A stretch of DNA of 64,000 nt from an uncultured Pelagibacteraceae bacterium (GTDB lineage: Bacteria; Pseudomonadota; Alphaproteobacteria; Pelagibacterales; AG-422-B15): contig CACNXQ010000001.1 of assembly GCA_902624455.1 (NCBI GenBank), forward strand, positions 77,828 through 141,827, in the 5' to 3' direction. A model generated the notes under the pieces. The model saw only the letters and a program-made list of their open reading frames with translations. It searched no databases and was not told where the DNA came from. Each line of letters begins with the position of its first letter. The first letter of the stretch is position 1. This document shows, piece by piece, positions 50,294 to 60,245 of this stretch. A program made the position numbers and the translations under genes.

Positions 50294-50886
50294 GTAAAAA
50301 AATTTCACTTCTTATTTTTTTTGTTCCAATCATTTCTGTTTCAATATCATATTTAATTTCGACTTTTTTTAATTACGTACCGTGGTGCATTCCTTTTACT
50401 GATGGCTGTACATCTATTAGTAAAGTGGGGCGGTATGGAATATCTTTTTATATCTATAAAATATTTTTAATACCTGTAGCAATCTTAGTAATTTATTTTT
50501 GGTTTAAAATTTATTTAGAGATTTATAAAAATATTTACTTATTTATAATGAGTTTAACAGCGAGCATAGCCTTAATCATTTATTTGAGTTCACTTGGCTT
50601 TGATGGATCTACTTATAGGTTTATGAGAGAGGTTGGTATATTTTTCTTTTTTATTTTAATGCCATTAACTCAAATATTAGTAACGTCACTATCTCCACCA
50701 GATCATTTCAAAACAAAGTTTTTTATTTTTTTAATCTTAATTTCTTACTCATTATTACTTTTTGCTTACTTGAAAATATTGACTTTAGATAATGGTAATT
50801 ATGAAAACATTATTGAATGGAACTTTGCTTTTTTAATATTTCTTTTTTTTCCAGTTTTTGAATTCTCAAGAAAATCTAGTGCTTGA
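50290..50886 (+). CDS. Uncharacterised polytopic membrane protein (about 6 TM)
   Basis: TTG start overlaps the preceding stop. Six hydrophobic segments. N-terminal CIPFTDGCTSISKVGR loop. Family not recognised with confidence. Confidence 0.5.
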   Translation: MSKKISLLIFFVPIISVSISYLISTFFNYVPWCIPFTDGCTSISKVGRYGISFYIYKIFLIPVAILVIYFWFKIYLEIYKNIYLFIMSLTASIALIIYLSSLGFDGSTYRFMREVGIFFFFILMPLTQILVTSLSPPDHFKTKFFIFLILISYSLLLFAYLKILTLDNGNYENIIEWNFAFLIFLFFPVFEFSRKSSA

Positions 50887-52441
50887 AATGTCGTTTACCT
50901 GTAAAAACCATTGATATTCTTGCTTCATCTGCTGCCGCAATCACTTCTTCATCTTTAACGGAGCCACCAGGTTGAATAACCGCTGTAGCTCCTGATTCTA
51001 TGGTAACCAACAAGCCGTCTGCAAAAGGAAAGAACGCATCTGAAGCTACAACCGAGTCTTTTAATGAATTTTCATCTGCTGGATCCATCTCACTATTTTT
51101 TTGTGAGGCAATTTTTGCGCTATCTACTCGGCTCATTTGCCCAGCACCAATGCCAATAGTTTTCTTGTTTTTTACATAAATGATAGCATTTGATTTTACG
51201 TGCTTACATACCTTGAAAGCAAACAACATATCTTCAATTTGATGATCACTTGGTTTGCTTTGTGTCACAACTTTTAAATCAGATTTAATAGTCTCTTCAT
51301 TATCATTTGTTTGAACAAGAATTCCACCTTCAATACTTTTATAGTTTTGAGATCTAATTTTTTCATACAATGTAGGTAAAATTAATATACGCAAATTGCT
51401 TTTTGACTCAAAAATTTCTTTAGCTTCATCCGTAATACCTGGAGCAATGATAACTTCAGTAAATATTTTTATAATTTCTGCAGCAGAGTCTTTATCAATT
51501 ATTTGGTTAAGAGCAATGATACCGCCAAAGGCACTTGTTGTATCACATGAAAACGCTTTTGTGTATGCTTCGCATAGTGATGCTCCACTCGCAACCCCAC
51601 AAGGATTAGCATGTTTGATGATCGCCACTGTTGGGGTTTCTCTATCAAATTCTTTAATTAACTGTAACGCTGCATCGGCATCATTGATATTATTATAACT
51701 CAATTCTTTACCTTGTAATAATGTAGCATGGGGAATGCCAGATTGTTGAAGTGATGACTTGTAAAGATTTGCTGACTGATGAGGATTTTCACCATAGCGA
51801 AGTGTGGACGACAACTTTCCTACTGTTGAAAACTGACCTGATGGTTCATTCGAATTTCTTTGAAACCAATTACTGATAAGAGAATCATAGTAAGCCGTAG
51901 TTGAAAAAGTTTTTGATGCAAGTTGTTTTCTAAATCCTAAGGTAGTTGATCCATCGTTTTGTTGCATTTCTTCAATAAGTTTGTCGTAATCATTCACATC
52001 TGTAACGACGGTTACAAATTTGTGATTCTTAGCAGCCGATCTCAACATGGCGGGGCCACCAATATCAATATTTTCAATACAAATCTCTTCATTGTCTTGA
52101 GATTTTATCGTTTCCTCGAATGGGTAAAGATTCACAATGATTAAGTCTATATCTTCTATTCCATGATCCTTTTGCGATTGAACATGTTCATTATCATCTC
52201 TTTTTGACAGTAGTCCCCCATGAACATTGGGATGTAAAGTTTTTACTCGTCCATCCATCATTTCAGGAAAATTTGTTATCGAAGATACATCTGTTACTTC
52301 AGCGCCCATCTCTGAAATAGACCTTGAGGTACCGCCCGTTGAAACTATTTTGACATTATACTCTATAAGAGATTGAACAATTTTTTCTAATCCTGATTTA
52401 TCGGAAACTGAAATCAGGGCTGTTTTTATTTTAATATTCAA
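50876..52441 (-). CDS. purH: Bifunctional AICAR transformylase / IMP cyclohydrolase
   Basis: ALISVSDKSGL, STGGT, MDGRVKTLHP, C-terminal QPGGS..D and RHFKH. Confidence 0.97.
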   Translation of the reverse strand: MNIKIKTALISVSDKSGLEKIVQSLIEYNVKIVSTGGTSRSISEMGAEVTDVSSITNFPEMMDGRVKTLHPNVHGGLLSKRDDNEHVQSQKDHGIEDIDLIIVNLYPFEETIKSQDNEEICIENIDIGGPAMLRSAAKNHKFVTVVTDVNDYDKLIEEMQQNDGSTTLGFRKQLASKTFSTTAYYDSLISNWFQRNSNEPSGQFSTVGKLSSTLRYGENPHQSANLYKSSLQQSGIPHATLLQGKELSYNNINDADAALQLIKEFDRETPTVAIIKHANPCGVASGASLCEAYTKAFSCDTTSAFGGIIALNQIIDKDSAAEIIKIFTEVIIAPGITDEAKEIFESKSNLRILILPTLYEKIRSQNYKSIEGGILVQTNDNEETIKSDLKVVTQSKPSDHQIEDMLFAFKVCKHVKSNAIIYVKNKKTIGIGAGQMSRVDSAKIASQKNSEMDPADENSLKDSVVASDAFFPFADGLLVTIESGATAVIQPGGSVKDEEVIAAADEARISMVFTGKRHFKH

Positions 52442-52442
52442 A

Positions 52443-53099
52443 TTAGCTGCCTCTTAATTGTTCAATGTTATTTGCATACTTATCTGGGCCACCTTTAAAT
52501 GTAGTTGTACCTGCTACAATTACATTTGCACCAGCATCAATAGTTGATTGAACATTGTCGAAATCAACACCACCATCAATTTCAAGTTCGATACTTCTAC
52601 CTGACTGATCGATTTCTTTTCTAATAGCTTCAAGTTTTTTTAGAGCACTTGGAATAAATTTTTGACCGCCAAATCCTGGATGCACACTCATGACTATAAT
52701 CATGTCGATTTCCTCCATATATTGTTTTGCGACTTCCCATTCAGTTTCTGGGTTAATAGCTAATCCTGCTTTTACTCCAAATGATTTTATTTTTTGAATA
52801 CAGGATTTTGTATCATCATTTGTTTCATGATGAACAGTAATAATATTGGATCCAGCATCGACAAAATTTTCAATGTATGGTTGAACTGGATCAATCATTA
52901 AATGAACATCAAATGGCAAATCAGATCTATCTCTTACTGATTTTACAACATTTGGACCCATTGTAATATTTGGAACAAAGTGACCGTCCATGACATCTAC
53001 ATGAACATAATCGGCGCCCGCTGATGTTATGCGTTGGACTTCATCGCCTAAGGCTGAAAAATCTGAGGCAAGAATAGATGGCGATATTTTAACCGACAT
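52443..53099 (-). CDS. rpe: Ribulose-phosphate 3-epimerase
   Basis: ISPSILASDF, HVDVMDGHFVPN, VMSVHPGFGGQKF. Confidence 0.95.
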   Translation of the reverse strand: MSVKISPSILASDFSALGDEVQRITSAGADYVHVDVMDGHFVPNITMGPNVVKSVRDRSDLPFDVHLMIDPVQPYIENFVDAGSNIITVHHETNDDTKSCIQKIKSFGVKAGLAINPETEWEVAKQYMEEIDMIIVMSVHPGFGGQKFIPSALKKLEAIRKEIDQSGRSIELEIDGGVDFDNVQSTIDAGANVIVAGTTTFKGGPDKYANNIEQLRGS

Positions 53100-53173
53100 T
53101 GTGATGAAGCATTATTTCTCTGTATAGCAGAAACCCCTTTTGTTTCCCAGTATTTTTCATGCTTTGATTACTC

Positions 53174-53195
53174 TTAGATTAAGATTAGATTAAGT
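53174..53195 (+). repeat. Tandem 11-bp direct repeat (TTAGATTAAGA / TTAGATTAAGT)
   Basis: Two adjacent copies, 10/11 identical, ending 3 nt before the ATG of the small DUF1674 ORF in the rpe divergent spacer. Confidence 0.8.
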
Positions 53196-53198
53196 ATT

Positions 53199-53354
53199 AT
53201 GAACGATAAAAAAACTGACGTTAATAAAGAGGCTGAAGACAAGGAAACTGCCTCTAAACTGCCTAAAAAGAAAAAAGAAATAGGCGGGGCTGATGGTCCC
53301 GAGCCAACCCGTTTTGGTGACTGGGAAAAAAAGGGAATTACCTCAGACTTCTAA
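53199..53354 (+). CDS. DUF1674 small protein (SDHAF4-like)
   Basis: 51-aa ORF absent from the supplied track: MNDKKTDVNKEAEDKETASKLPKKKKEIGGADGPEPTRFGDWEKKGITSDF. Carries the family's C-terminal hallmark GG..GPEPTR(F/Y)GDWE+KG...DF. Confidence 0.78.
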   Translation: MNDKKTDVNKEAEDKETASKLPKKKKEIGGADGPEPTRFGDWEKKGITSDF

Positions 53355-53362
53355 TCAATATC

Positions 53363-53779
53363 TTAAAGCTGCAGATCAAATTTAGATGGTTTCCAATCTT
53401 TTGGAGCGATCTCAAGATCATCAAATTCAAATGCCGGCGCAACCGTACAACCAATTAAACTATAAGAACCGGTTGACTTCAAAGCAAACCATGTACCCTT
53501 AGATACAGTGAACATAAAGTTATTATTGGAACCTATTTCATCAACCTGAAACTCTACTCCGTCTTTTGACGTATATACGTTTAATGGGCTGCCAGAGTAA
53601 AAGTGCAACGTTTCAGTTTTTGTTATTCTATGCCAGTGAGATTTTTCATTTTCCTCCAATAAAAAATATATGTGAGTTACATTATCATTTCTAAAAACCT
53701 CAACATAATGTCCACCTTCAGGATGAGGTTCCATGTTATGATCTTTAATTAAACTCTTAATAAGATCTTTGTCGGTCAT
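53363..53779 (-). CDS. DUF985 cupin-fold protein
   Basis: MEPHPEGGHYVEVFR N-terminal hallmark of DUF985 cupins; 138 aa. Confidence 0.7.
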   Translation of the reverse strand: MTDKDLIKSLIKDHNMEPHPEGGHYVEVFRNDNVTHIYFLLEENEKSHWHRITKTETLHFYSGSPLNVYTSKDGVEFQVDEIGSNNNFMFTVSKGTWFALKSTGSYSLIGCTVAPAFEFDDLEIAPKDWKPSKFDLQL

Positions 53780-53793
53780 TTATTGATTTGCTA

Positions 53794-55734
53794 TTATTTA
53801 TTCATTCGATTGTCGATGAGATCATCAACGACTGCAGGTTCAGCTAATGTAGAAGTATCACCCAGATTGCTGTATTCATTCTCTGCAATCTTTCTTAAAA
53901 TTCTTCGCATGATTTTACCAGATCGTGTTTTAGGAAGACCTGGTGCCCATTGTATAAGATCAGGAGATGCAATAGGTCCAATTTCTTTTCGAACCCAAGC
54001 AACCAACTCTTTATATAATTCATCAGAAGTTTCTTCTCCGGCGTTCAATGTAACGTAGGCATAGATCCCTTGACCTTTAATGTCATGAGGATAACCAACT
54101 ACAGCTGCCTCACTAACTTTTGGATGCGCAACCAATGCAGACTCAACTTCAGCAGTTCCCATGCGGTGCCCTGATACATTGATGACATCATCCACCCGCC
54201 CTGTAATCCAATAGTAACCATCTTCATCTCGTCTACATCCATCACCTGTGAAATATTTCCCGTCAAATTGTGAAAAATAAGTTTCAATAAATCTTTTATG
54301 ATCTCCGTATACGGTTCTCATTTGTCCTGGCCAAGAGTCTGCTAGACATAAAGAACCTTCACATGCGCCTTCTAATATATTTCCATCTGCATCCATAATC
54401 TCTGGCTGAATGCCAAAGAAGGGTTTTGTTGCTGACCCTGGTTTTTGAGCAATAGCACCTGGAAGAGGAGTTATTAAAATGCCTCCCGTTTCTGTTTGCC
54501 ACCATGTATCGACAATTGGGCATTTTTTTTCACCAACGACATTATAATACCACATCCATGCTTCTGGATTGATGGGTTCACCTACGGTGCCAAGCAATTT
54601 AAGGGATGACCTGCTTGTCTTAGTCACTGGTCCTTCACCTTCACGCATCAAAGCTCTAATAGCGGTGGGAGCTGTGTAAAAAATATTTACTTTATGTTTA
54701 TCAACTACTTCCCAAAAACGTGATGCACTTGGATAATTGGGAACACCTTCGAACATGACTGTAATTGCACCATTGGCAAGTGGCCCATACACAATATAAC
54801 TGTGTCCTGTTACCCAACCAACGTCAGCCGTACACCAATAAACATCTCCTGGTTTATAATCAAATACATATTGATGAGTCATCGAAGCATAAACCATGTA
54901 ACCACCAGTTGTATGCATGACACCTTTTGGTTTGCCCGTTGAACCTGATGTATAAAGAATGAATAATGGATCTTCCGCATTCATTTCTTCAGGCGGACAG
55001 TCGTCTGATGCATCACTTAATAATTCATGATACCAAACATCACGATTTTCATCCCAATCGATTGTCCCACCTGTTCGCTTAACAACGATACAATGTCTCA
55101 CACCGCCAGAGATGTTGATCGCATCGTCTGTATTCTTTTTCAATGGAATGGGTTTACCGCCCCTTAAACCTTCATCAGCAGTGATGACAATATCTGATTT
55201 ACAGTCACTGATTCGACCTGCAAGCGAGTCCGGTGAAAATCCACCAAACACCACAGAATGAATCGCACCAATACGCGTACAAGCAAGCATGGCATAAGCC
55301 GCTTCAGGTATCATCGGCATATAGATTGTTACACGGTCACCTTTTTTGACACCAAGTGATTTCATGCCATTAGCTAACTTTGAAACTTCTTTATGAAGTT
55401 CATTATAAGAAATGTGTTTAGAGTCTTTTGGATCATCGCCCTCCCAAATGATGGCTGTTTGTTCACCTCTATCTTTTAAGTGTCGATCAATACAATTGGC
55501 TGATGCATTAAGACTTCCATCTTCATACCATTTGATTGAAAAGTTATCTTTGTTGAATGAAACATCTTTCACTTTTGTATACGGCTTCATCCATTCTATT
55601 CTCTTGCCGTGTTCATTCCAAAAATCTTCATTGTTGTTGAATGATTTTTCATACCATTCATTATATCTATTTTGATTTATCTGTGCGCTATCGGACCAGT
55701 CAACACTTACTTCAAATTTTTCATTATCGCTCAT
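53794..55734 (-). CDS. acs: Acetyl-CoA synthetase
   Basis: AMP-binding [21 protein letters not shown]-terminal [18 protein letters not shown]; 646 aa. Confidence 0.98.
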   Translation of the reverse strand: MSDNEKFEVSVDWSDSAQINQNRYNEWYEKSFNNNEDFWNEHGKRIEWMKPYTKVKDVSFNKDNFSIKWYEDGSLNASANCIDRHLKDRGEQTAIIWEGDDPKDSKHISYNELHKEVSKLANGMKSLGVKKGDRVTIYMPMIPEAAYAMLACTRIGAIHSVVFGGFSPDSLAGRISDCKSDIVITADEGLRGGKPIPLKKNTDDAINISGGVRHCIVVKRTGGTIDWDENRDVWYHELLSDASDDCPPEEMNAEDPLFILYTSGSTGKPKGVMHTTGGYMVYASMTHQYVFDYKPGDVYWCTADVGWVTGHSYIVYGPLANGAITVMFEGVPNYPSASRFWEVVDKHKVNIFYTAPTAIRALMREGEGPVTKTSRSSLKLLGTVGEPINPEAWMWYYNVVGEKKCPIVDTWWQTETGGILITPLPGAIAQKPGSATKPFFGIQPEIMDADGNILEGACEGSLCLADSWPGQMRTVYGDHKRFIETYFSQFDGKYFTGDGCRRDEDGYYWITGRVDDVINVSGHRMGTAEVESALVAHPKVSEAAVVGYPHDIKGQGIYAYVTLNAGEETSDELYKELVAWVRKEIGPIASPDLIQWAPGLPKTRSGKIMRRILRKIAENEYSNLGDTSTLAEPAVVDDLIDNRMNK

Positions 55735-55746
55735 AGACCAAATATC

Positions 55747-56163
55747 TTATTTGATACCCCCTAGATTGCAAATAATAGTCCACGACTTTTTATCGATAGG
55801 CATCACAGATAGTCTAGACTGTTTGACCAAAGCAAGGTGATTAAGCCTCTTGTCATTTTTAATTTGATCAAGATTAACTCTTTTCTTCAGAGGTTTAACA
55901 GCACTTACACTTACCATACCGAAGCGTTTAGACTTGTCAGTGGGATCAGGGTGGTATTCTTTCACGACTTTCACAACGCCCACAACATCACGTTCTTTTA
56001 CTGAATGGTAAAAAAAACAAAGGTCTCCTTTTTTCATTTGTTTCATATTATTTGATGCTTGGTAATTTCTTACACCATCCCAACCTTCACCTTTAGCGCC
56101 AGCTTTTACTTGTTCATCCCACGACCACGTTTCTGGTTCAGATTTCATCAGCCAATAATTCAT
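55747..56163 (-). CDS. EVE (PUA-like) domain protein
   Basis: MNYWLMKSEPETWSWDE..GVRNYQA.N.M..MK.GD..FFYHS pattern; 138 aa. Usual alphaproteobacterial neighbour of gpsA. Confidence 0.85.
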   Translation of the reverse strand: MNYWLMKSEPETWSWDEQVKAGAKGEGWDGVRNYQASNNMKQMKKGDLCFFYHSVKERDVVGVVKVVKEYHPDPTDKSKRFGMVSVSAVKPLKKRVNLDQIKNDKRLNHLALVKQSRLSVMPIDKKSWTIICNLGGIK

Positions 56164-56167
56164 AATG

Positions 56168-57163
56168 TTACTCTCTTCCTATTGGTCTATTTAAAAGTTC
56201 TTCAATTGCATGATCAATATTTTTTTTGCGATAAAGAATTTGATAAACTGTTTCAGCAATTGGTAAATTTAATTTCTTTTTAATACTCATCTGTTTCAAA
56301 GCTCTAGCGGTAAAGACTCCTTCAGCGATAGATGAATTTTTTTTAATAATTGAACTTAATGACATGCCACTTGCAAGATCTAAACCTAATTTAAAATTTC
56401 TAGATTTCTTTGAAGAACACGTCAAAAAAAGATCACCCATACCTGATAATCCTGATAACGTTTCTGGTTTGGCTCTCATTGATTTGTTAAGCCTCGATAC
56501 TTCTGCAAAGCTTCTAGAAATTATTGAAGCAACAGCGTTCTTACCAAACTTTTTTCCTTCAACTACTCCACATGCTATTGCATAAACATTTTTTGTTGCT
56601 CCTGCAATTTGAGATCCTATTACATCATCGGATATATATGGTCTAAATAGTTTAGTTTGTACAATAGAAGCTATTTTCTTCGAAGTAGCTATTTTATTTG
56701 AAGCAATTAAAGTTGCTGCGGGCATGTTCCTTGATATTTCTTCCGCAAAATTTGGCCCTGATAATACGGCAATGCTGTGCTTTGGAAAATATGAAGCTAC
56801 AATTTGACTTGGTAATTTTAGAGTGTTCATCTCGATTCCTTTTGAACAACAAACAAATACAACATTGCCTTTTATTATTTTTCTTATTTTCCTTAAAATT
56901 GAAGACATATATTGAACTGGAACAGTAAGAAATATAATGTCTGAAGTCTCTAAGTCTTCCAAGTTGTTAGTGCTAACAATATTTTTACTTAATTTAATAC
57001 CAGGAAGATACTTTGTGTTTTGGTGATTTTGATTGATTTCATTTTTTACTTTTTTTTCTTTCACCCACATCAATATTTCACTTTTTTTAGATATGAGTTG
57101 TGCTAAAGCTGTACCCCAAGCTCCAGAACCTAAAACTGAAATTTTATAATTTATACTTTGCAC
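56168..57163 (-). CDS. gpsA: NAD(P)H-dependent glycerol-3-phosphate dehydrogenase
   Basis: ISVLGSGAWGTALA, GPNFAEE, GATKNVYAIA. Confidence 0.93.
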   Translation of the reverse strand: MQSINYKISVLGSGAWGTALAQLISKKSEILMWVKEKKVKNEINQNHQNTKYLPGIKLSKNIVSTNNLEDLETSDIIFLTVPVQYMSSILRKIRKIIKGNVVFVCCSKGIEMNTLKLPSQIVASYFPKHSIAVLSGPNFAEEISRNMPAATLIASNKIATSKKIASIVQTKLFRPYISDDVIGSQIAGATKNVYAIACGVVEGKKFGKNAVASIISRSFAEVSRLNKSMRAKPETLSGLSGMGDLFLTCSSKKSRNFKLGLDLASGMSLSSIIKKNSSIAEGVFTARALKQMSIKKKLNLPIAETVYQILYRKKNIDHAIEELLNRPIGRE

Positions 57164-58240
57164 CTATCTTTTACCTTTCATGAATACTGCTTTTTTATCT
57201 AATGGCCATCTAGGTCTTGGTTTAAAGTTCAATTTATTGAAAAGACTCTTTTCATATCTTTCAATTCCAGCATAGGCAATCATGGCTCCATTATCTGTAC
57301 ATAATTGAAGAGATGGGAAAAAGAATTGAATATTTGATTTCTTTTCTAGTGATTTAAGTGAGCCCCTTAAATACTTATTAGCAGCAACTCCTCCAGCAAC
57401 AACAATATTCACAGTATTTTGTTTTTTCTTCATATCATTAAATATATCTACTGCTTTTTGGGTTTTTTTTATTAAGATTTCTGCAATGGTTCTTTGAAAA
57501 GAAGCAGATACGTCACATTTAAATTTCTCAGTGATTTTTTTATTTAAAACTAATTGCGCCACTGATGATTTAAGACCCGAAAATGAAAAATTACAATTTT
57601 TCTCATGAATGAGTGGCATTGGAAATTGATATTTGTCTGGATTTCCATTGGTTGCACATTTTTCAATTTGAGGTCCACCTGGATATCCTAACTTTAATAG
57701 TCTTGCAGTTTTGTCAAAAGCTTCACCCAAAGCATCATCAAGAGTTGTTCCAATTCTTTTATAACTGTTGAATTTTTTCACTATTGTAAATTCTGTATGA
57801 CCACCTGAGACCAGTAATAATAAATAAGGATAAGCAATCTGGTTCTCCAATTGAACAGATAGTGCATGACCTTCAAGATGGTTAATGGCAATAAAAGGTA
57901 GCTTGAGAGCAGAAGCCATAGTTTTTGCAAAAACTGTTCCAACAATAAGACCTCCTAATAAACCAGGACCAGCAGTTGCTGCGATTGCATTTAAGTCATC
58001 AAATTTTATTTTTGCTTTCTTCATGGCAAGATGACAAATTTTGTCTATTATTTCAGAGTGGGCTCTTGCAGCTAGTTCTGGAACTACCCCACCAAAATCT
58101 CTATGTATATCTAATTGACTGCGAACTATGTTTGATAAAATATTTACGCTACCATCGCTTGTTTTTTCGACAATAGAAATGGAAGTTTCATCACAACTGG
58201 TTTCTATTCCTAGAATTCTTACTTTATTCATTTTGATCAA
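57164..58240 (-). CDS. tsaD: tRNA N6-adenosine threonylcarbamoyltransferase
   Basis: ILGIETSCDETS, HLEGH, VSGGHT, GGVAAN. An alternative start is MNKVRILG at 58231. Confidence 0.95.
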   Translation of the reverse strand: MIKMNKVRILGIETSCDETSISIVEKTSDGSVNILSNIVRSQLDIHRDFGGVVPELAARAHSEIIDKICHLAMKKAKIKFDDLNAIAATAGPGLLGGLIVGTVFAKTMASALKLPFIAINHLEGHALSVQLENQIAYPYLLLLVSGGHTEFTIVKKFNSYKRIGTTLDDALGEAFDKTARLLKLGYPGGPQIEKCATNGNPDKYQFPMPLIHEKNCNFSFSGLKSSVAQLVLNKKITEKFKCDVSASFQRTIAEILIKKTQKAVDIFNDMKKKQNTVNIVVAGGVAANKYLRGSLKSLEKKSNIQFFFPSLQLCTDNGAMIAYAGIERYEKSLFNKLNFKPRPRWPLDKKAVFMKGKR

Positions 58241-58327
58241 TCATAATGATTATGGTTAAATATAAAATATATTTTATATTGATGATATATACGTATTGGC
58301 TTTGAAATTAAGTTAAATCTGAAACGA

Positions 58328-59296
58328 ATGACTATGGTTAATCCAGACAAAATAATTGTCGGCATAAGGGATAGTAAACTTTCACAAATACAAACTCAAG
58401 AATTCATCTCTCTTGCCGAAAAGAATATAGTTGGTATCGATCAAAATACGTTTCAAATCAAATTCATTAAAACAACAGGAGATATTCATAATTCAGAAAG
58501 ACTTGATAAAATGGGTGGCAAAGGATTATTTGTTAAGGAGATAGAAAGTCAAATTCTAAATGGAGATATTGATATTGGCGTTCATTCTATGAAAGACATG
58601 CCTTCAACGAGTCATGCCGAGCTGGAAATTTTTTGTTTAATGAACAGATTAGACAACTCGGATGTACTTATCTCAAACAATGGAAAAAAACTCTCAAATC
58701 TTGAAAGTGGTGCAGTGATAGGTACAAGCTCGATTAGAAGAAGGGCACAAATACTAAATTTAAGAAGTGACTTAAAAATAAAACTATTAAGAGGCAATGT
58801 TGATACCAGAATGAAAAAATTAAAGAACAAAGAATATGATGCAATTATTTTAGCTTACGCGGGCTTAAAAAGATTGGGAATGGAAAGAGAAATAACTGAA
58901 AAATTAAATCATAAAATTTTTCTTCCAGCAGGAGGGCAAGGACTAGTAGGCATACAATCAAAAAAAAATAGCCCTTACAGAAAACTTTTTAAAAAGATTA
59001 ATGACGAGTCAAGTGAGATGGCCAATATCGCTGAGAGAAATTTTTTAAAAGCTATTAATGCAAACTGTAATAGTCCTGTTAGCGTTTACGCAAGAATAAA
59101 TCATCAAAATATCGATATTGATTGTCAAATTTTCAAACATGATGGTACGGAACTATTTAAAAAGCAACTCACGGAAAAAAAACAAAATTATCATGATGTA
59201 GGAAATCAACTTGGTGAGCTTGTTTTAAAGTCACTTGGACAAAATACGATTGATAAATTAGATTTACTTGAAGATGATTTTAATTACCCGACCTAA
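58328..59296 (+). CDS. hemC: Porphobilinogen deaminase (hydroxymethylbilane synthase)
   Basis: VGIRDSKLSQIQT, TTGD, VHSMKDMP, GTSSIRR, RGNVDTR, CNSPVS (cofactor Cys). Confidence 0.93.
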   Translation: MTMVNPDKIIVGIRDSKLSQIQTQEFISLAEKNIVGIDQNTFQIKFIKTTGDIHNSERLDKMGGKGLFVKEIESQILNGDIDIGVHSMKDMPSTSHAELEIFCLMNRLDNSDVLISNNGKKLSNLESGAVIGTSSIRRRAQILNLRSDLKIKLLRGNVDTRMKKLKNKEYDAIILAYAGLKRLGMEREITEKLNHKIFLPAGGQGLVGIQSKKNSPYRKLFKKINDESSEMANIAERNFLKAINANCNSPVSVYARINHQNIDIDCQIFKHDGTELFKKQLTEKKQNYHDVGNQLGELVLKSLGQNTIDKLDLLEDDFNYPT

Positions 59297-60029
59297 AATT
59301 GAAGCAAAACAGTTTGCTGACGAGCTTCATAAAAAAAGTTTTGAAAGCACAATTGACTCTATTTTAAAATTTGAACCTCTGAAAAAAAATATTTATTTGT
59401 CTGAGAACAAGATTTTTATAGTAACAAGTAGTCAGTGTGTGAAATCCCTTAATAAATATCGAAAGTCGTATTTACATATTTTAAAAGAGGGAATTTTTTA
59501 TGTTGTTGGACGACAAGTTTACAAAAATTTAAAAAGTCTTGGAGTAAAAAAAATAAAGTTTGTATTTAGTGACACACAAGAGCTCTTACGAAAACTTAAG
59601 CTGTTAAGGAAAAAACAATTTTTAGCTAGATACGAATATTTATGTGGGTCACAAATAAATGATGATTTTTTAGAAAAATGTAGACTTAACAAAATTTCCA
59701 TCAAAAAAAATATTCTTTACAAAACTATTGCTGTTAACAAACTAAAATTTAAGACGGTCAAGAGTATTAAAGGAGGAGAAATTAAAATACTTACTTTTTT
59801 CTCAATATTTACTGCTAAAACTTTTTTCAAGCTCATGAGAAAACATAAGTTAATAAAATACATAGTTGATAATGACATATATATAATGTGTCTGAGCAAA
59901 AGGATTTCAAATTACGTGCTTTTGAATGAGGGGTTTATTCCAAAAAAAAGGCTCATGTGGTCACCGAAACCAGAGCAAAACATATTAATAAAGTGTATTC
60001 AAAATTTAAAAGTTATAAAAAAAAACTGA
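59268..60029 (+). CDS. hemD: Uroporphyrinogen-III synthase (divergent, Lys-rich)
   Basis: ILITRP start, VTSSQCVKSL, YVVGRQVYKNLKSLG and FFSIFTAKTFF fit the two-lobed HemD pattern. Overlaps the hemC 3' end. Confidence 0.62.
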   Translation: MKMILITRPKIEAKQFADELHKKSFESTIDSILKFEPLKKNIYLSENKIFIVTSSQCVKSLNKYRKSYLHILKEGIFYVVGRQVYKNLKSLGVKKIKFVFSDTQELLRKLKLLRKKQFLARYEYLCGSQINDDFLEKCRLNKISIKKNILYKTIAVNKLKFKTVKSIKGGEIKILTFFSIFTAKTFFKLMRKHKLIKYIVDNDIYIMCLSKRISNYVLLNEGFIPKKRLMWSPKPEQNILIKCIQNLKVIKKN

Positions 60030-60245
60030 TTGAATCAAAAAAAAGCCCAATTTTTGGTAATTTTTTGATAATTTGTTATTTATTTCCTTCTAAAAATTCT
60101 TTAGCTGTTTCACTAAAATAAGACATATAAAGGTTTGACTAATCTTGGTATTTTAAGTTTAATTGATCTGTTTGTTCATGCGGATCGTTTGAAATCTTAA
60201 ACGAACCATGGATGAATATAATATTTGATTAAAGGGGATATATAT

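Noticed and set aside
47617-50900. Integrated mobile element or prophage remnant at tRNA-Gly.
   Set aside because: There is no integrase, recombinase or phage gene, and I could find no direct repeat of the tRNA 3' end (..TTCGACTCCCTTCACTCGCTCCA) at the far side of the cassette. It is kept only as a possible flexible islet, not as a mobile element.
53100-53198. Possible ZTP (pfl) or other riboswitch upstream of the rpe-purH operon on the minus strand.
   Set aside because: The reverse-complemented leader lacks the conserved ZTP pseudoknot and GGGUCGUGAC / CCGCCUGGGC-type elements. Only a trivial 5-bp GAAAC/GTTTC hairpin is present.
60030-60075. Possible terminator after hemD (AAAAAAAAGCCCAATTTTTGGTAATTTTTT).
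   Set aside because: The stem is only 4 bp (CCAA/TTGG), too weak to call an intrinsic terminator.
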